Shown: piece after piece, positions 9,297-18,419 of the stretch | Position numbering within the stretch: the first letter of the stretch is position 1 | Layout of the letters: every line of letters starts with the position of its first letter | Origin: Methylophaga frappieri | Lineage (GTDB): Bacteria > Pseudomonadota > Gammaproteobacteria > Nitrosococcales > Methylophagaceae | Length of the DNA stretch: 32,000 nucleotides | Reading direction: 5' to 3' | Assembly (NCBI RefSeq): GCF_000260965.1 | Contig: NC_017856.1 | Coordinates: 1,950,001-1,982,000 of the forward strand | Notes under the pieces: generated by a model | Databases searched by the model: none | Seen by the model: the letters and a program-made list of their open reading frames with translations, nothing else | Told to the model about the DNA's origin: nothing | Position numbers and translations under genes: made by a program

Positions 9297-9861
9297 ACGC
9301 GTTGCCATGCTTGGCCTGTGGCTGATTTTGCCGCTTTACGGCCAAGCCGACACGCGATTTCAGGTTGAACAGGCGCAAATTTATCGTATCGGTAACGGCT
9401 ACATCGTCAATGCCCAACTCGCCTACCCATTAACACCACGAGTTGAAGAGGCACTCAATAATGGTGTCCCGATTACGTTTTTTCAGGAAATCCAGTTAAT
9501 TGATCGCACCGCGCTGATTCCTGACTGGTGGATCTGGAATACCGTTCTCTGGTCAACCAAGCTACGTTATGAACTCCGCTACCATGACTTGTCCGAGCAA
9601 TATCTGTTGTACACACCGGACTCGCCAACCCACCGTAACCATCCAACGCTTGGCAGTGCACTTGACACCATGGGCGGCATCACCAACCTGACCTTGCCGC
9701 CCGATATCACAAGATTGCAACGTGATCATAATCTGGTGCTGAGGTTACGGACAGGGATTGATTTGATGGCACTGCCATCACCGATGCGGCCCGGTGCGAT
9801 GATTTCCAGCAAATGGGATCTCACCAGCCCTTGGTACGAAGCCATATGGCCATCCGACTGA
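9274..9861 (+). CDS. DUF4390-like secreted protein
   Basis: From ATG 9274 the N-terminus MPAYSVVKRVAMLGLWLILPLYGQA looks like a Sec signal peptide; ATG 9307 is an alternative start. The position between rsmB and an NtrY-like kinase matches what I recall for DUF4390. Family assignment is from memory and was not searched. Confidence 0.65.
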   Translation: MPAYSVVKRVAMLGLWLILPLYGQADTRFQVEQAQIYRIGNGYIVNAQLAYPLTPRVEEALNNGVPITFFQEIQLIDRTALIPDWWIWNTVLWSTKLRYELRYHDLSEQYLLYTPDSPTHRNHPTLGSALDTMGGITNLTLPPDITRLQRDHNLVLRLRTGIDLMALPSPMRPGAMISSKWDLTSPWYEAIWPSD

Positions 9862-12002
9862 TACGCCGCTTAAGTACCGGCACGGCGCCGTATTTTTCTC
9901 TCGCCGTGTTGTTGTTGGTGCTGGCTTATTTATTAAGCGCAGCCACGCAGGACAAGTCTCGACTTAATGATCTATTTTTGCTCATTTTCGGGATTGGCGT
10001 GATCTGCCTGATTCTGCTTGCTGTTCTTTTGACGCGCGGCCTGTATCGACTTTACCGCGATTTTCGGCGTAAAGCTGCCGGCTCAAGACTAACACTGCGG
10101 CTGGTCAGTCTGTTTGTGTTACTGATTATCGGCTCAACCAGCATCGTCTATGGTTTTTCTGTGCACTTTTTACAGCGTGGCATTAACAGCTGGTTTGATG
10201 TGCAGGTCGAGCAGGCACTCAACGACTCGCTGGAGTTAAGCCGCAATGCATTTGGTATCCGAATGCGCACTCTACTCAGACAAACTCGTATGATGGCCGG
10301 TGTCTTATCAGAACTGCCCGACAGCAGCCTTGGCAATAATCTGCGTGAGCTTAATCGACTCAGTGGTGCGCTGGAATTGAGTATTTGGCGAACGGATGGC
10401 CGAATTGTCGTTTCCAGTATCGATAACCCGGCAATCATTGTTCCTGACCGCCCTGATGACGCGATCATTCGTCAAATCAAACAAGGCGAAGACTATATTG
10501 GCCTAGATCCCAAGGATGATGATCTGCAACTCCGCGCCGCGGTTCGCATTCCGGCACAGTCACCATTGGATGAAGAGCGGTTACTGCATGTGTTATTTCC
10601 CGTCAATGATCAGCTCAGCGTGTTAGGAAAAAATGTTCAAGATGCCTACACCGATTACAAAGAACTAAGCTATTTACGTCAGCCACTGGTCACCATTTTT
10701 ACCCTCACCTTGAGCCTGATTGTTTTCCTGACCGTGCTAGCGTCGATCTGGTTTGCGGTGTGGATATCCCAACGTATTGTGGCACCGCTGCAGGCGCTGG
10801 CTGAAGGGACTCGCGCTGTTGCCTCCGGTAATTACAATACACAGTTGACCGCTTCTGGCCATGATGAAATCGGCTTTTTGGTTCGATCCTTTAACCAGAT
10901 GACCCAACGCCTGACGCAAGCTCGCAATGCCTCTCAACGCAGCCATCGCCTGCTTGAACAGCAGACCAGTTACCTGACAACGGTATTGGGCAGCTTATCC
11001 AGCGGCGTTATCACTATCGACAAAGATCTTTACTTGCGCACAGCAAACATGGCCAGCAGCAGCATTCTTGGTGTGAATTTACAACAACGACTGGAAAGCT
11101 CTCTCGATACCTTGGGCCGGCTAAATGATAATTTGCAGACGTTTATTCTACTTATCAAAAATCATACTCTGGAAGCGAGGGGCTGGGAGCAGCAACTGGA
11201 ATTCAATCAGAGTAAAGGTCGGCAAACTTTAATGTTGCATGGCACTCCCTTACCCGGAGAAAGTGGCTGGGTAGTGATATTTGATGATATTACGGCCTTG
11301 ATTCAGGCGCAGCGGCATGCCGCCTGGGGCGAAGTCGCCCGCCGTCTGGCACATGAAATAAAAAATCCGCTGACTCCAATTCAGCTCTCCGCCGAGCGTT
11401 TGCAACACAAGTATGTCTCATTGGTGCCAGCCGATCAGGCCGATACACTCAACAAATTGACCGAAACCATTGTGCAGCAGGTTGAAGCGATGAAGGAAAT
11501 GGTCAATGAGTTTTCCGATTATGCTCGCAGCCCAACGCTTCAACTTGAATGGCTTGCTGTCGGCGATTTACTGAGAGATGTTCTCACCTTATACCAAAGC
11601 AATCCTGCACATCAGTTTACCCTGCTTAATAGCCCGGAAAACTTGCAAGTACAGGTTGATCGCAATCGCTTTCGCCAAGTCCTACATAATTTGCTTAAAA
11701 ATGCCATTGAGGCCAGCGAAGAAGCGGGCATGGCTGTCGATATTGTCATCAGTTATCATGCGGTACGTTACCAACACCGTCGCTGGCTGGAAATTACTGT
11801 CAACGATCAAGGTCCCGGATTTCCAGAAGAGATGATCAACAAACTGTTTGAACCCTATGCAACCACCAAAACCAGAGGCACGGGGCTGGGACTTGCTATT
11901 GTCAAAAAAATCATTGAAGAACATGGCGGCGATGTCTGGGCAGAAAACCTTGGCGATGAAGGTGCCGGTATCATTATCCGCTTGCCATTGGAGGATGCGT
12001 AA
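9846..12002 (+). CDS. ntrY: NtrY-like sensor histidine kinase (TM-HAMP-PAS-HisKA-HATPase)
   Basis: N-terminal TM segments and a ~190-aa periplasmic loop. HAMP (IVAPLQALAEGTRAVASGNY..EIGFLVRSFNQM), a PAS region, H-box ARRLAHEIKNPLTPIQLSAERL, N-box LHNLLKNAIEA, G-boxes DQGPGF and GTGLGLAIVKKI. Start is ATG 9846 or 9813. Confidence 0.88.
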   Translation: MAIRLIRRLSTGTAPYFSLAVLLLVLAYLLSAATQDKSRLNDLFLLIFGIGVICLILLAVLLTRGLYRLYRDFRRKAAGSRLTLRLVSLFVLLIIGSTSIVYGFSVHFLQRGINSWFDVQVEQALNDSLELSRNAFGIRMRTLLRQTRMMAGVLSELPDSSLGNNLRELNRLSGALELSIWRTDGRIVVSSIDNPAIIVPDRPDDAIIRQIKQGEDYIGLDPKDDDLQLRAAVRIPAQSPLDEERLLHVLFPVNDQLSVLGKNVQDAYTDYKELSYLRQPLVTIFTLTLSLIVFLTVLASIWFAVWISQRIVAPLQALAEGTRAVASGNYNTQLTASGHDEIGFLVRSFNQMTQRLTQARNASQRSHRLLEQQTSYLTTVLGSLSSGVITIDKDLYLRTANMASSSILGVNLQQRLESSLDTLGRLNDNLQTFILLIKNHTLEARGWEQQLEFNQSKGRQTLMLHGTPLPGESGWVVIFDDITALIQAQRHAAWGEVARRLAHEIKNPLTPIQLSAERLQHKYVSLVPADQADTLNKLTETIVQQVEAMKEMVNEFSDYARSPTLQLEWLAVGDLLRDVLTLYQSNPAHQFTLLNSPENLQVQVDRNRFRQVLHNLLKNAIEASEEAGMAVDIVISYHAVRYQHRRWLEITVNDQGPGFPEEMINKLFEPYATTKTRGTGLGLAIVKKIIEEHGGDVWAENLGDEGAGIIIRLPLEDA

Positions 12003-12004
12003 TC

Positions 12005-13279
12005 GTGAGTACTGAAAAACCCTTGATTCTGGTGGTCGATGATGAGCCGGATATTCGTCATCTTATCCGTGACATTCTGGAAGATGAAGCCTATCGGGTG
12101 ACTGTCGCCAGTAATGGCGAAGAAGCACGCGAAGCCTTTATCAATCATCAGCCGCAATTAATTTTATTGGATATCTGGATGCCGGATATTGATGGCATCA
12201 GCCTGCTTAAAGAATTCAAGCAGCAAAATAGTCAGATCAGTGTGATCATGATGTCCGGTCATGGCACTATCGAAACCGCCGTAGAGGCAACCCGTTTCGG
12301 CGCCTGTGACTTTATTGAAAAGCCGCTTTCCATGGCCAAACTGCTGCGCGGCGTTGAAATGGCTTTGGAAAATCGCGCCAAGCAAGTCGCCCAACAGATG
12401 GAACAAGCGGTTGATCCAGTGGGCAAAAGCGCCAAAATGGTACAGCTTCGTGAACAAGTAGAAAAAATAGCTGGTCACGATATGCCGATCCTCTTATTTG
12501 GCGAGGGCGGTACCGGCAAACATTGCTTTGCCCATTACCTGCATCAAATGGGGAATTACGCGAACGGTAAGTTCATTGAGTTTAGCCCGGAAAGCTTTCC
12601 TCTGGACAGTGAAAAGCTGGTCAGTCTGGCACAGCAAAACTGTGTGTATATTAATGATATCGCGCTGCTCAGCGACGAAGCGCAAACCTTGTTACGGCAT
12701 ATGCTGGAAAGCGGTCGCCTTCAGCAAACTCAGCTGATTTGCGCGACGCAGCAGTCTCTGGAAAAGGCGATTCAACGGGGTGATTTTCTAGAAGGGCTCT
12801 ATTATCAGCTGAATACCATTACCTTGATGCTGCCACCGTTGCGAGAACATGTGGAGGACATTCCAGAACTGGTCCATTTTTTCGTTGATCAGCAAACCGC
12901 ACAGTCGGGTATGCCCTATCGTCGCTTTACTGTTGCGGCACAAAACCGATTACGTAATTACAATTGGCCCGGCAATGTCACCGAATTGAAAAACGTTATT
13001 CAGCGTATGTTGCTGCTTGGCGATGAAGACGATATTGACGTCGAAGATATTGAAGCCGCGCTCCAGGCTGATCCAGAACCGGCTGCGGATGACATTGAAG
13101 GAATTAACCTGGACCTGCCGTTGCGCGAAGCCAGAGAGCAATTTGAACGTATTTATCTGTTGCAAAAGTTGCAAGAAACCAATGGCAATGTTGGTAAAGC
13201 GGCAAAACTGGCGGGGATGGAACGCACGCATCTTTATCGGAAACTGCGGTCACTTGGTATTGATACCAAACAACTTTAG
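12005..13279 (+). CDS. ntrX: NtrX-like response regulator with degenerate sigma-54-interaction (AAA+) domain and Fis-type HTH
   Basis: GTG start 2 nt after the kinase stop. Receiver domain (ILVVDDEPDIR ... LILLDIWMPDIDG ... MMSGHG). Walker A GEGGTGK is present. Walker B reads VYINDI, no GAFTGA loop is present, and FRxDLYYRL reads FLEGLYYQL. WPGNVTELKN and the C-terminal HTH NVGKAAKLAGMERTHLYRKLRSLGI are intact. Confidence 0.85.
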   Translation: MSTEKPLILVVDDEPDIRHLIRDILEDEAYRVTVASNGEEAREAFINHQPQLILLDIWMPDIDGISLLKEFKQQNSQISVIMMSGHGTIETAVEATRFGACDFIEKPLSMAKLLRGVEMALENRAKQVAQQMEQAVDPVGKSAKMVQLREQVEKIAGHDMPILLFGEGGTGKHCFAHYLHQMGNYANGKFIEFSPESFPLDSEKLVSLAQQNCVYINDIALLSDEAQTLLRHMLESGRLQQTQLICATQQSLEKAIQRGDFLEGLYYQLNTITLMLPPLREHVEDIPELVHFFVDQQTAQSGMPYRRFTVAAQNRLRNYNWPGNVTELKNVIQRMLLLGDEDDIDVEDIEAALQADPEPAADDIEGINLDLPLREAREQFERIYLLQKLQETNGNVGKAAKLAGMERTHLYRKLRSLGIDTKQL

Positions 13280-13288
13280 GGTAATGGC

Positions 13289-14668
13289 ATGAAAATCCTG
13301 ATTTTGGGTGCCGGTCAGGTTGGTGCTTCAGTCGCAGCAACGCTGGCCAAAGAAGATGACGAGATCACCATGGTAGACATGGATGTCAGTAGTCTGGCCA
13401 AACTACAGGAAAAGTACGGCATAAAGACCCTGGAAGGCTCAGCTTCCCATCCCGCTATACTGGAAGAAGCTGGCGCTGCAGATGCGGATTTGGTACTTGC
13501 AGTCACTAATAGCGATGAAACCAATATGGTTGCCTGCCAAATCTGTCATAACCTGTTTAACATACCGACAAAAATCGCCCGTATTCGGGCGCCCGAATAT
13601 CTGGCCCGCTCAGAGCTGTTCGATAATGCAGAGGACGCCATCGCCATCAATGTGGTTATCAGTCCTGAGCAACTGGTCACCGATTATATTCAGCGACTCA
13701 TCAATCATCCTAATGCCTTACAGGTGCTCGACTTTGCCAATGGGCTGGTGCAACTAGTCGCGGTGAAAGCCTTATATGGCGGTCCGCTGGTTGGCCATCC
13801 GCTTCGTGAGTTACGTCAGCATATTCCCAAAGTCGAAACCCGGGTGGCGGCTATTTTTCGCGAGGGCAAAGCAATTCACCCTAAAGCCGAAACCGTTATT
13901 GAAGCCAATGACGAGGTCTTTTTTATCGCCGCGGCCAAAGATATTCGGGCGGTGATGGCAGAATTGCGCAAACTCGACAAACCCTACAAGCGCATTATGC
14001 TGGCTGGCGGCGGTAACATAGGCATTCGCTTGGGCCGGGCGCTGCAACATCATTATCAAGTCAAAGTCATTGAGGCCAACCCAAAACGAGCTGATTATTT
14101 ATCAGAAGAATTATCACAAAGTATTGTTTTACTCGGCGATGTTGCTAACGAAGAACTGCTTTTGGAAGAAGAGATCGATAAAGTCGATTTATTTTGTGCA
14201 CTGACCAATGATGATGAAGCCAATATTTTATCTGCGATGCTGGCTAAACGACTGGGCGCGCGTAAAGTCTTATCCTTAATCAACCGTGCCGCCTATGTTG
14301 ATCTGGTTGAAAGTGTCTCTATTGATATTGCGCTCTCTCCGCAGCAAGCGACTATCGGCAGCTTGCTTGCTCATATTCGACGTGGCGACATTGTTGCCGT
14401 GCACTCTTTGCGGCGTGGCGCGGCTGAAGCGCTGGAAGCCATTGCCCATGGCGATCGCAGTTCCTCAATGGTGGTTGGCAGACGCATCGACGAAATTGAC
14501 TTGCCGCCGGGAACGACGATTGGCGCCATTGTTCGGCAAGAACAAGTCATCATTACGCATCATGACACCAAGATTGAGGCGGAGGACCATATTATTTTAT
14601 TTTTAACCAACAAACGTTACATCAAAGAAGTTGAACGTTTATTCCAGGTCGGTTTCAGCTTTTTCTGA
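13289..14668 (+). CDS. trkA: Trk potassium-uptake system NAD-binding protein TrkA
   Basis: 459 aa with two Rossmann GxGxxG repeats (KILILGAGQVGASVA; RIMLAGGGNIGIRLG), each followed by an RCK C-terminal segment. Confidence 0.95.
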   Translation: MKILILGAGQVGASVAATLAKEDDEITMVDMDVSSLAKLQEKYGIKTLEGSASHPAILEEAGAADADLVLAVTNSDETNMVACQICHNLFNIPTKIARIRAPEYLARSELFDNAEDAIAINVVISPEQLVTDYIQRLINHPNALQVLDFANGLVQLVAVKALYGGPLVGHPLRELRQHIPKVETRVAAIFREGKAIHPKAETVIEANDEVFFIAAAKDIRAVMAELRKLDKPYKRIMLAGGGNIGIRLGRALQHHYQVKVIEANPKRADYLSEELSQSIVLLGDVANEELLLEEEIDKVDLFCALTNDDEANILSAMLAKRLGARKVLSLINRAAYVDLVESVSIDIALSPQQATIGSLLAHIRRGDIVAVHSLRRGAAEALEAIAHGDRSSSMVVGRRIDEIDLPPGTTIGAIVRQEQVIITHHDTKIEAEDHIILFLTNKRYIKEVERLFQVGFSFF

Positions 14669-15228
14669 TGCAGCCGACCTATCTGAAAAATCACTTGCTG
14701 ATCGCCATGCCTGGTTTGCATGATCAGACTTTCCATCAAGCGGTAGTCTATTTATGCGAACACGATGCCTATGGCGCCATGGGCCTGATCATCAATCGCC
14801 CCTCCAAAATCAAACTGGCAGAGTTACTGCAACACCTGAAAATCGATAATCAAAGTGAGCAGATTCATCATGGTCCCGTACTCTATGGTGGACCATTAAA
14901 AAAAGAGCAAGGCCTGGTGCTCCATAACGGAGGGCAATACTGGAAAAATACGCTCAATGTTGCTGAGCAACTCTATCTGACTTCATCGAGCGATATCCTA
15001 GCCGATATTGGCACATCAAAAGGTCCTGAAAATGCCTTGGTTTCCCTTGGTTATGCCGGTTGGGATACCGGACAGCTGGAATCAGAACTGGCTGAAAACA
15101 GCTGGCTGACCGTCCCTGCCACCCCCGAAATTTTGTTCAACACGGCGCCCAGCGATCGCTGGGCGCAAAGTGCCCGGCTGCTCGGCATTGACATCCACCT
15201 TTTGAGTCATCAATCGGGGCATGCATGA
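14668..15228 (+). CDS. yqgE: YqgE/AlgH family (UPF0301) protein
   Basis: LLIAMPGLHD..F...VVYLCEHD..GAMGLIINRP, ..GGP..., LGYAGWDTGQLESELAENSWL. The ATG shares one base with the trkA TGA (TGATG). Confidence 0.9.
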   Translation: MQPTYLKNHLLIAMPGLHDQTFHQAVVYLCEHDAYGAMGLIINRPSKIKLAELLQHLKIDNQSEQIHHGPVLYGGPLKKEQGLVLHNGGQYWKNTLNVAEQLYLTSSSDILADIGTSKGPENALVSLGYAGWDTGQLESELAENSWLTVPATPEILFNTAPSDRWAQSARLLGIDIHLLSHQSGHA

Positions 15229-15644
15229 CCGCGCCTCAGACGATTATGGGTTTTGACTTCGGCATGAAACACATTGGGGTCGCGATTGGTCAGCAGATCA
15301 CCGGCACAGCTAATGGCTTGACCGCATTAAAGGCAAGAGACGGGATACCGAACTGGGAACAAATAGAAACACTGATCAATCAGTGGCGCCCCGGACAAAT
15401 CGTCGTCGGGCTGCCGCTGAATATGGATGGGACTGAACAACAGATGACCCACGCGGCACGGAAATTTGGCAACCGTCTGCATAATCGTTTTAAAATCCCT
15501 GTGGTATGGCAGGATGAACGCCTCAGTACATTTGAGGCGCTGGATCAAATGGGGCTACACACCAAGTTTGCTTCAAGGCAACGCAGTGATGTGGATAAAC
15601 TGTCAGCACAAATTATTCTTCAATCATGGCTGGACCAACAATGA
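15225..15644 (+). CDS. ruvX: Putative pre-16S rRNA nuclease / Holliday-junction-resolvase-like RuvX (YqgF)
   Basis: 139 aa. [17 protein letters not shown]-terminus, [13 protein letters not shown], and [13 protein letters not shown] overlap with the yqgE stop. Confidence 0.92.
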   Translation: MTAPQTIMGFDFGMKHIGVAIGQQITGTANGLTALKARDGIPNWEQIETLINQWRPGQIVVGLPLNMDGTEQQMTHAARKFGNRLHNRFKIPVVWQDERLSTFEALDQMGLHTKFASRQRSDVDKLSAQIILQSWLDQQ

Positions 15645-16174
15645 CAATGCCAACTTCACCTGCTGATATCAATGCGTTGCTGGATACCATGGCAAATGCT
15701 ATCCGCGAACAATTTTCCGACAAAAGACCCTTGCTGGTCGGTATTCACACTGGCGGTGTATGGATCGCCAAAGCTCTATTAAAGCGGCTCGGTGACGACT
15801 TTTTCGATGCGCCGCTAGGAACACTAAACATTGCTTATTATCGGGATGATTTCACCCGCATAGGCATGCATCCGCAGGTCTCCCCTTCCGAACTGCCCTT
15901 TGAGGTTGATAACCGGCATTTAGTGCTGGTTGATGATGTTTTTTATAGCGGACGAACCACACGGGCAGCTCTCAATGAATTATTTGATTATGGTCGGCCG
16001 GCTTCTGTCACACTCGCGGTGCTCATCGCCCGTAACGGCCGGGAATTGCCGATTCATCCTGATATTGTCGGCGCTGAGGTCACGGTTGCAAAAGGCCAGC
16101 ACCTAAAACTTCGCCATGAAAATAATTCGCTATCACTGATCGTGCGCGAAACCGAGGTCAAACATGGCAAATAA
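15641..16174 (+). CDS. pyrR: PyrR, pyrimidine regulatory protein / uracil phosphoribosyltransferase
   Basis: PRPP-binding loop [18 protein letters not shown] and [15 protein letters not shown] 15641 forms an ATGA overlap with the ruvX stop; the ORF-track start 15626 lies inside ruvX. Confidence 0.92.
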   Translation: MTMPTSPADINALLDTMANAIREQFSDKRPLLVGIHTGGVWIAKALLKRLGDDFFDAPLGTLNIAYYRDDFTRIGMHPQVSPSELPFEVDNRHLVLVDDVFYSGRTTRAALNELFDYGRPASVTLAVLIARNGRELPIHPDIVGAEVTVAKGQHLKLRHENNSLSLIVRETEVKHGK

Positions 16175-17138
16175 TCAGCTGACGGAGCACGGTCGGCTGC
16201 GCCACTTCTTGACGATTGAAGGGCTAAAACGTCCCTTGCTCACGGAAATCATGGACCGTGCTGAGCAATTTTCTGGTTTGGGCAATCGTCAGGTCAAGAA
16301 AGTCCCGCTGTTACGTGGCAAAACCATCATCAATCTGTTTTTCGAAAACAGCACTCGAACTCGCTCTACCTTTGAATTAGCGGCGAAACGGTTATCGGCT
16401 GATGTGATGAATTTCAATATTTCTACTTCCGCAACCGCAAAAGGCGAAAGTCTGCTGGATACCCTGCATAATCTGGAAGCCATGCATACGGATATGTTTG
16501 TGGTTAGACATAATCAAAGTGGCGCGGCTGAATTTATTGCTCAGCATGTTGCGCCGCATGTCAGTGTCATTAATGCCGGTGATGGTTGTCATGCTCATCC
16601 CACACAAGCCATGCTGGATATGTTTACCATTCGCCGTCACAAAGGCCAGTTTGCCGATCTGCGCGTTGCCATCGTTGGCGATATTTTGCATTCCCGGGTG
16701 GCCCGATCACAAATCCAGGCTTTGGCCACACTTGGCGTTGGCGAAATTCGTGTTATTGGTCCACAAACGCTGCTACCACGAGACTGTCAGACCATGGGGG
16801 TTCATGTCTTTCATGATTTGGCATCCGGACTGGAAGGAGTAGATGTCGTCATTATGCTCCGACTGCAATTAGAGCGGATGCAAGGCGCCTTGTTGCCCAG
16901 CGCCCGTGAATACTATCGCTGCTTTGGCCTGACAGCAGAAAAACTCCGTCATGCCAAACCTGATGCCATCGTCATGCACCCCGGCCCTATTAATCGCGGG
17001 GTTGAGATCGCCTCTGCTGTTGCCGATGGACCGCAATCCGTTATTTTAGAACAGGTGACGCATGGTATCGCCATCCGTATGGCGGTGATGTCAATGGCAC
17101 TGGGCAGTCAGTCAGATTTACAAGAGGCACAATCATGA
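16164..17138 (+). CDS. pyrB: Aspartate carbamoyltransferase catalytic subunit
   Basis: [13 protein letters not shown] (carbamoyl-phosphate site), [22 protein letters not shown]. Overlaps the pyrR 3' end by 11 nt. Confidence 0.96.
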   Translation: MANNQLTEHGRLRHFLTIEGLKRPLLTEIMDRAEQFSGLGNRQVKKVPLLRGKTIINLFFENSTRTRSTFELAAKRLSADVMNFNISTSATAKGESLLDTLHNLEAMHTDMFVVRHNQSGAAEFIAQHVAPHVSVINAGDGCHAHPTQAMLDMFTIRRHKGQFADLRVAIVGDILHSRVARSQIQALATLGVGEIRVIGPQTLLPRDCQTMGVHVFHDLASGLEGVDVVIMLRLQLERMQGALLPSAREYYRCFGLTAEKLRHAKPDAIVMHPGPINRGVEIASAVADGPQSVILEQVTHGIAIRMAVMSMALGSQSDLQEAQS

Positions 17139-18409
17139 AGTGCGTGATTCAAGGCGGCCGGGTAATTGATCCGGCAAGCCAGCTTGAAGCAGATCATGCC
17201 ATCTATATTGCCGATGGCAAGATTGTTGCCATTACCGATACGTTAGATGGTTTTACAGCAGATGTAACTCTGGATGCGCGTGGCCGAATTGTCTGTCCTG
17301 GATTGGTAGATCTCAGCGCCAGACTTCGTGAGCCGGGCCAGGAACACACAGCAACCATCGACAGTGAATCTCGTGCTGCTTCAGCCGGCGGAATTACAAC
17401 CTTGGTTGTGCCGCCAGATACCGATCCAGTTATTGATACCCCCGCTGTGGTCGAACTCATAGAAGACCGTGCTAAAAAAGCCGGACGCGTTATGGTGCTC
17501 ACGATGGGCGCGCTGACACAACAGCTTGATGGCGAGCTTTTGGCAGAAATGGCCGCACTCAAACAAGCTGGTTGTGTTGGCGTTAGTAATGGTTTGAATG
17601 CCGTAAAAAATACGGTTGTTTGGCGTCGGGCACTGGAATATGCCGCGACCCTGGATTTAACGGTATTTATCACTGCTGCTGACGGCTGGTTGCAACGACA
17701 AGGCTGTATTCACGAAGGCACCGTCAGTGCTCGGCTTGGTTTAAACGGAATTCCCGAAAGCGCAGAAACGATTGCTGTTATGCGTGACTTATTGCTTATC
17801 GAACAAACCGGAGTGCGCGCTCACTTTCATAACATATCCAGTGGTAGAGCACTCTCAATGATTCGTGATGCGCAGGAAAAAGGGCTCAATATCACCGCAG
17901 ATGTCAGCGCACATCATCTGCACTTGTGTGAACATGATTTAGGCAATTACGATAGCTTCAGTCACGTGATGCCACCATTAAGAAGCATTCGCGATCGCGA
18001 ACAACTTCAGCAAGGCGTGAGAAGTGGCGTTATTCAGGCCATCTGCTCTCATCATCAGCCGCTTGATGCCGATGCCAAACTTGGCCCCTTTGCTGAAACG
18101 CAACCCGGTATTTCCGGGCTCGAAACACTACTGCCACTAACCTTAAAACTGGTCGAAGATGACGAATTAGACTTGCGTACGGCTTTGGCGTCACTGACTT
18201 GTCAACCAGCGGCAATTTTAGGCATTGAGGCAGGACAACTTAAAGTCGGCGCCACCGCTGATATCTGTGTCATCGATACCGATGCGCACTACGAATGTCA
18301 GCCGAATCAGTTTGTCAGCGCGGGCAAAAACAGTCCTTTCGCTGGCTGGTTGTTTCATTATCAACCGTGCTATACCCTGTTTCAGGGTAAGCTCGTGTAT
18401 CAACGCTAG
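17135..18409 (+). CDS. pyrC': Dihydroorotase-like protein, predicted non-catalytic (PyrC')
   Basis: Amidohydrolase/DHOase fold ([38 protein letters not shown]). The HxH metal motif reads DLSARL, and the catalytic DHAPH region reads SHHQPL. ATGA overlap with the pyrB stop, as in Pseudomonas-type pyrB-pyrC'. Confidence 0.85.
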   Translation: MKCVIQGGRVIDPASQLEADHAIYIADGKIVAITDTLDGFTADVTLDARGRIVCPGLVDLSARLREPGQEHTATIDSESRAASAGGITTLVVPPDTDPVIDTPAVVELIEDRAKKAGRVMVLTMGALTQQLDGELLAEMAALKQAGCVGVSNGLNAVKNTVVWRRALEYAATLDLTVFITAADGWLQRQGCIHEGTVSARLGLNGIPESAETIAVMRDLLLIEQTGVRAHFHNISSGRALSMIRDAQEKGLNITADVSAHHLHLCEHDLGNYDSFSHVMPPLRSIRDREQLQQGVRSGVIQAICSHHQPLDADAKLGPFAETQPGISGLETLLPLTLKLVEDDELDLRTALASLTCQPAAILGIEAGQLKVGATADICVIDTDAHYECQPNQFVSAGKNSPFAGWLFHYQPCYTLFQGKLVYQR

Positions 18410-18419
18410 GTTGATAACC

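Noticed and set aside
12627-12642. TGGCAC matches examined as possible sigma-54 (-24/-12) promoters, given the NtrX-like regulator. Examples are at 12627, 10783 and 23430.
   Set aside because: Every hit is inside a coding region and lacks the TTGC(A/T) element five bases downstream. I found no intergenic GG-N10-GC candidate.
17203-17673. 156-aa ORF antisense to pyrC'. Similar long shadow ORFs are 1605..2099 (alternate frame of topA), 29644..30045 (antisense to fhcD), 22340..22672 (antisense to the adaptor gene start) and 3190..3579 (antisense to topA).
   Set aside because: All lie entirely inside well-supported genes. Their composition is Ser/Thr/Ala/Arg-rich or otherwise low-complexity, as is typical of antisense frames. 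They have no Shine-Dalgarno sequence and no recognisable motif. They are most parsimoniously chance open frames.
18225-18419. N-terminal extensions proposed by the ORF track: the HAD gene from 18225, smg from 4168, the LysM gene from 6339, the adaptor gene from 22362 and pyrR from 15626.
   Set aside because: The extensions overlap the preceding gene or add residues foreign to the family. Internal ATGs have better Shine-Dalgarno spacing and give canonical family N-termini or signal peptides.
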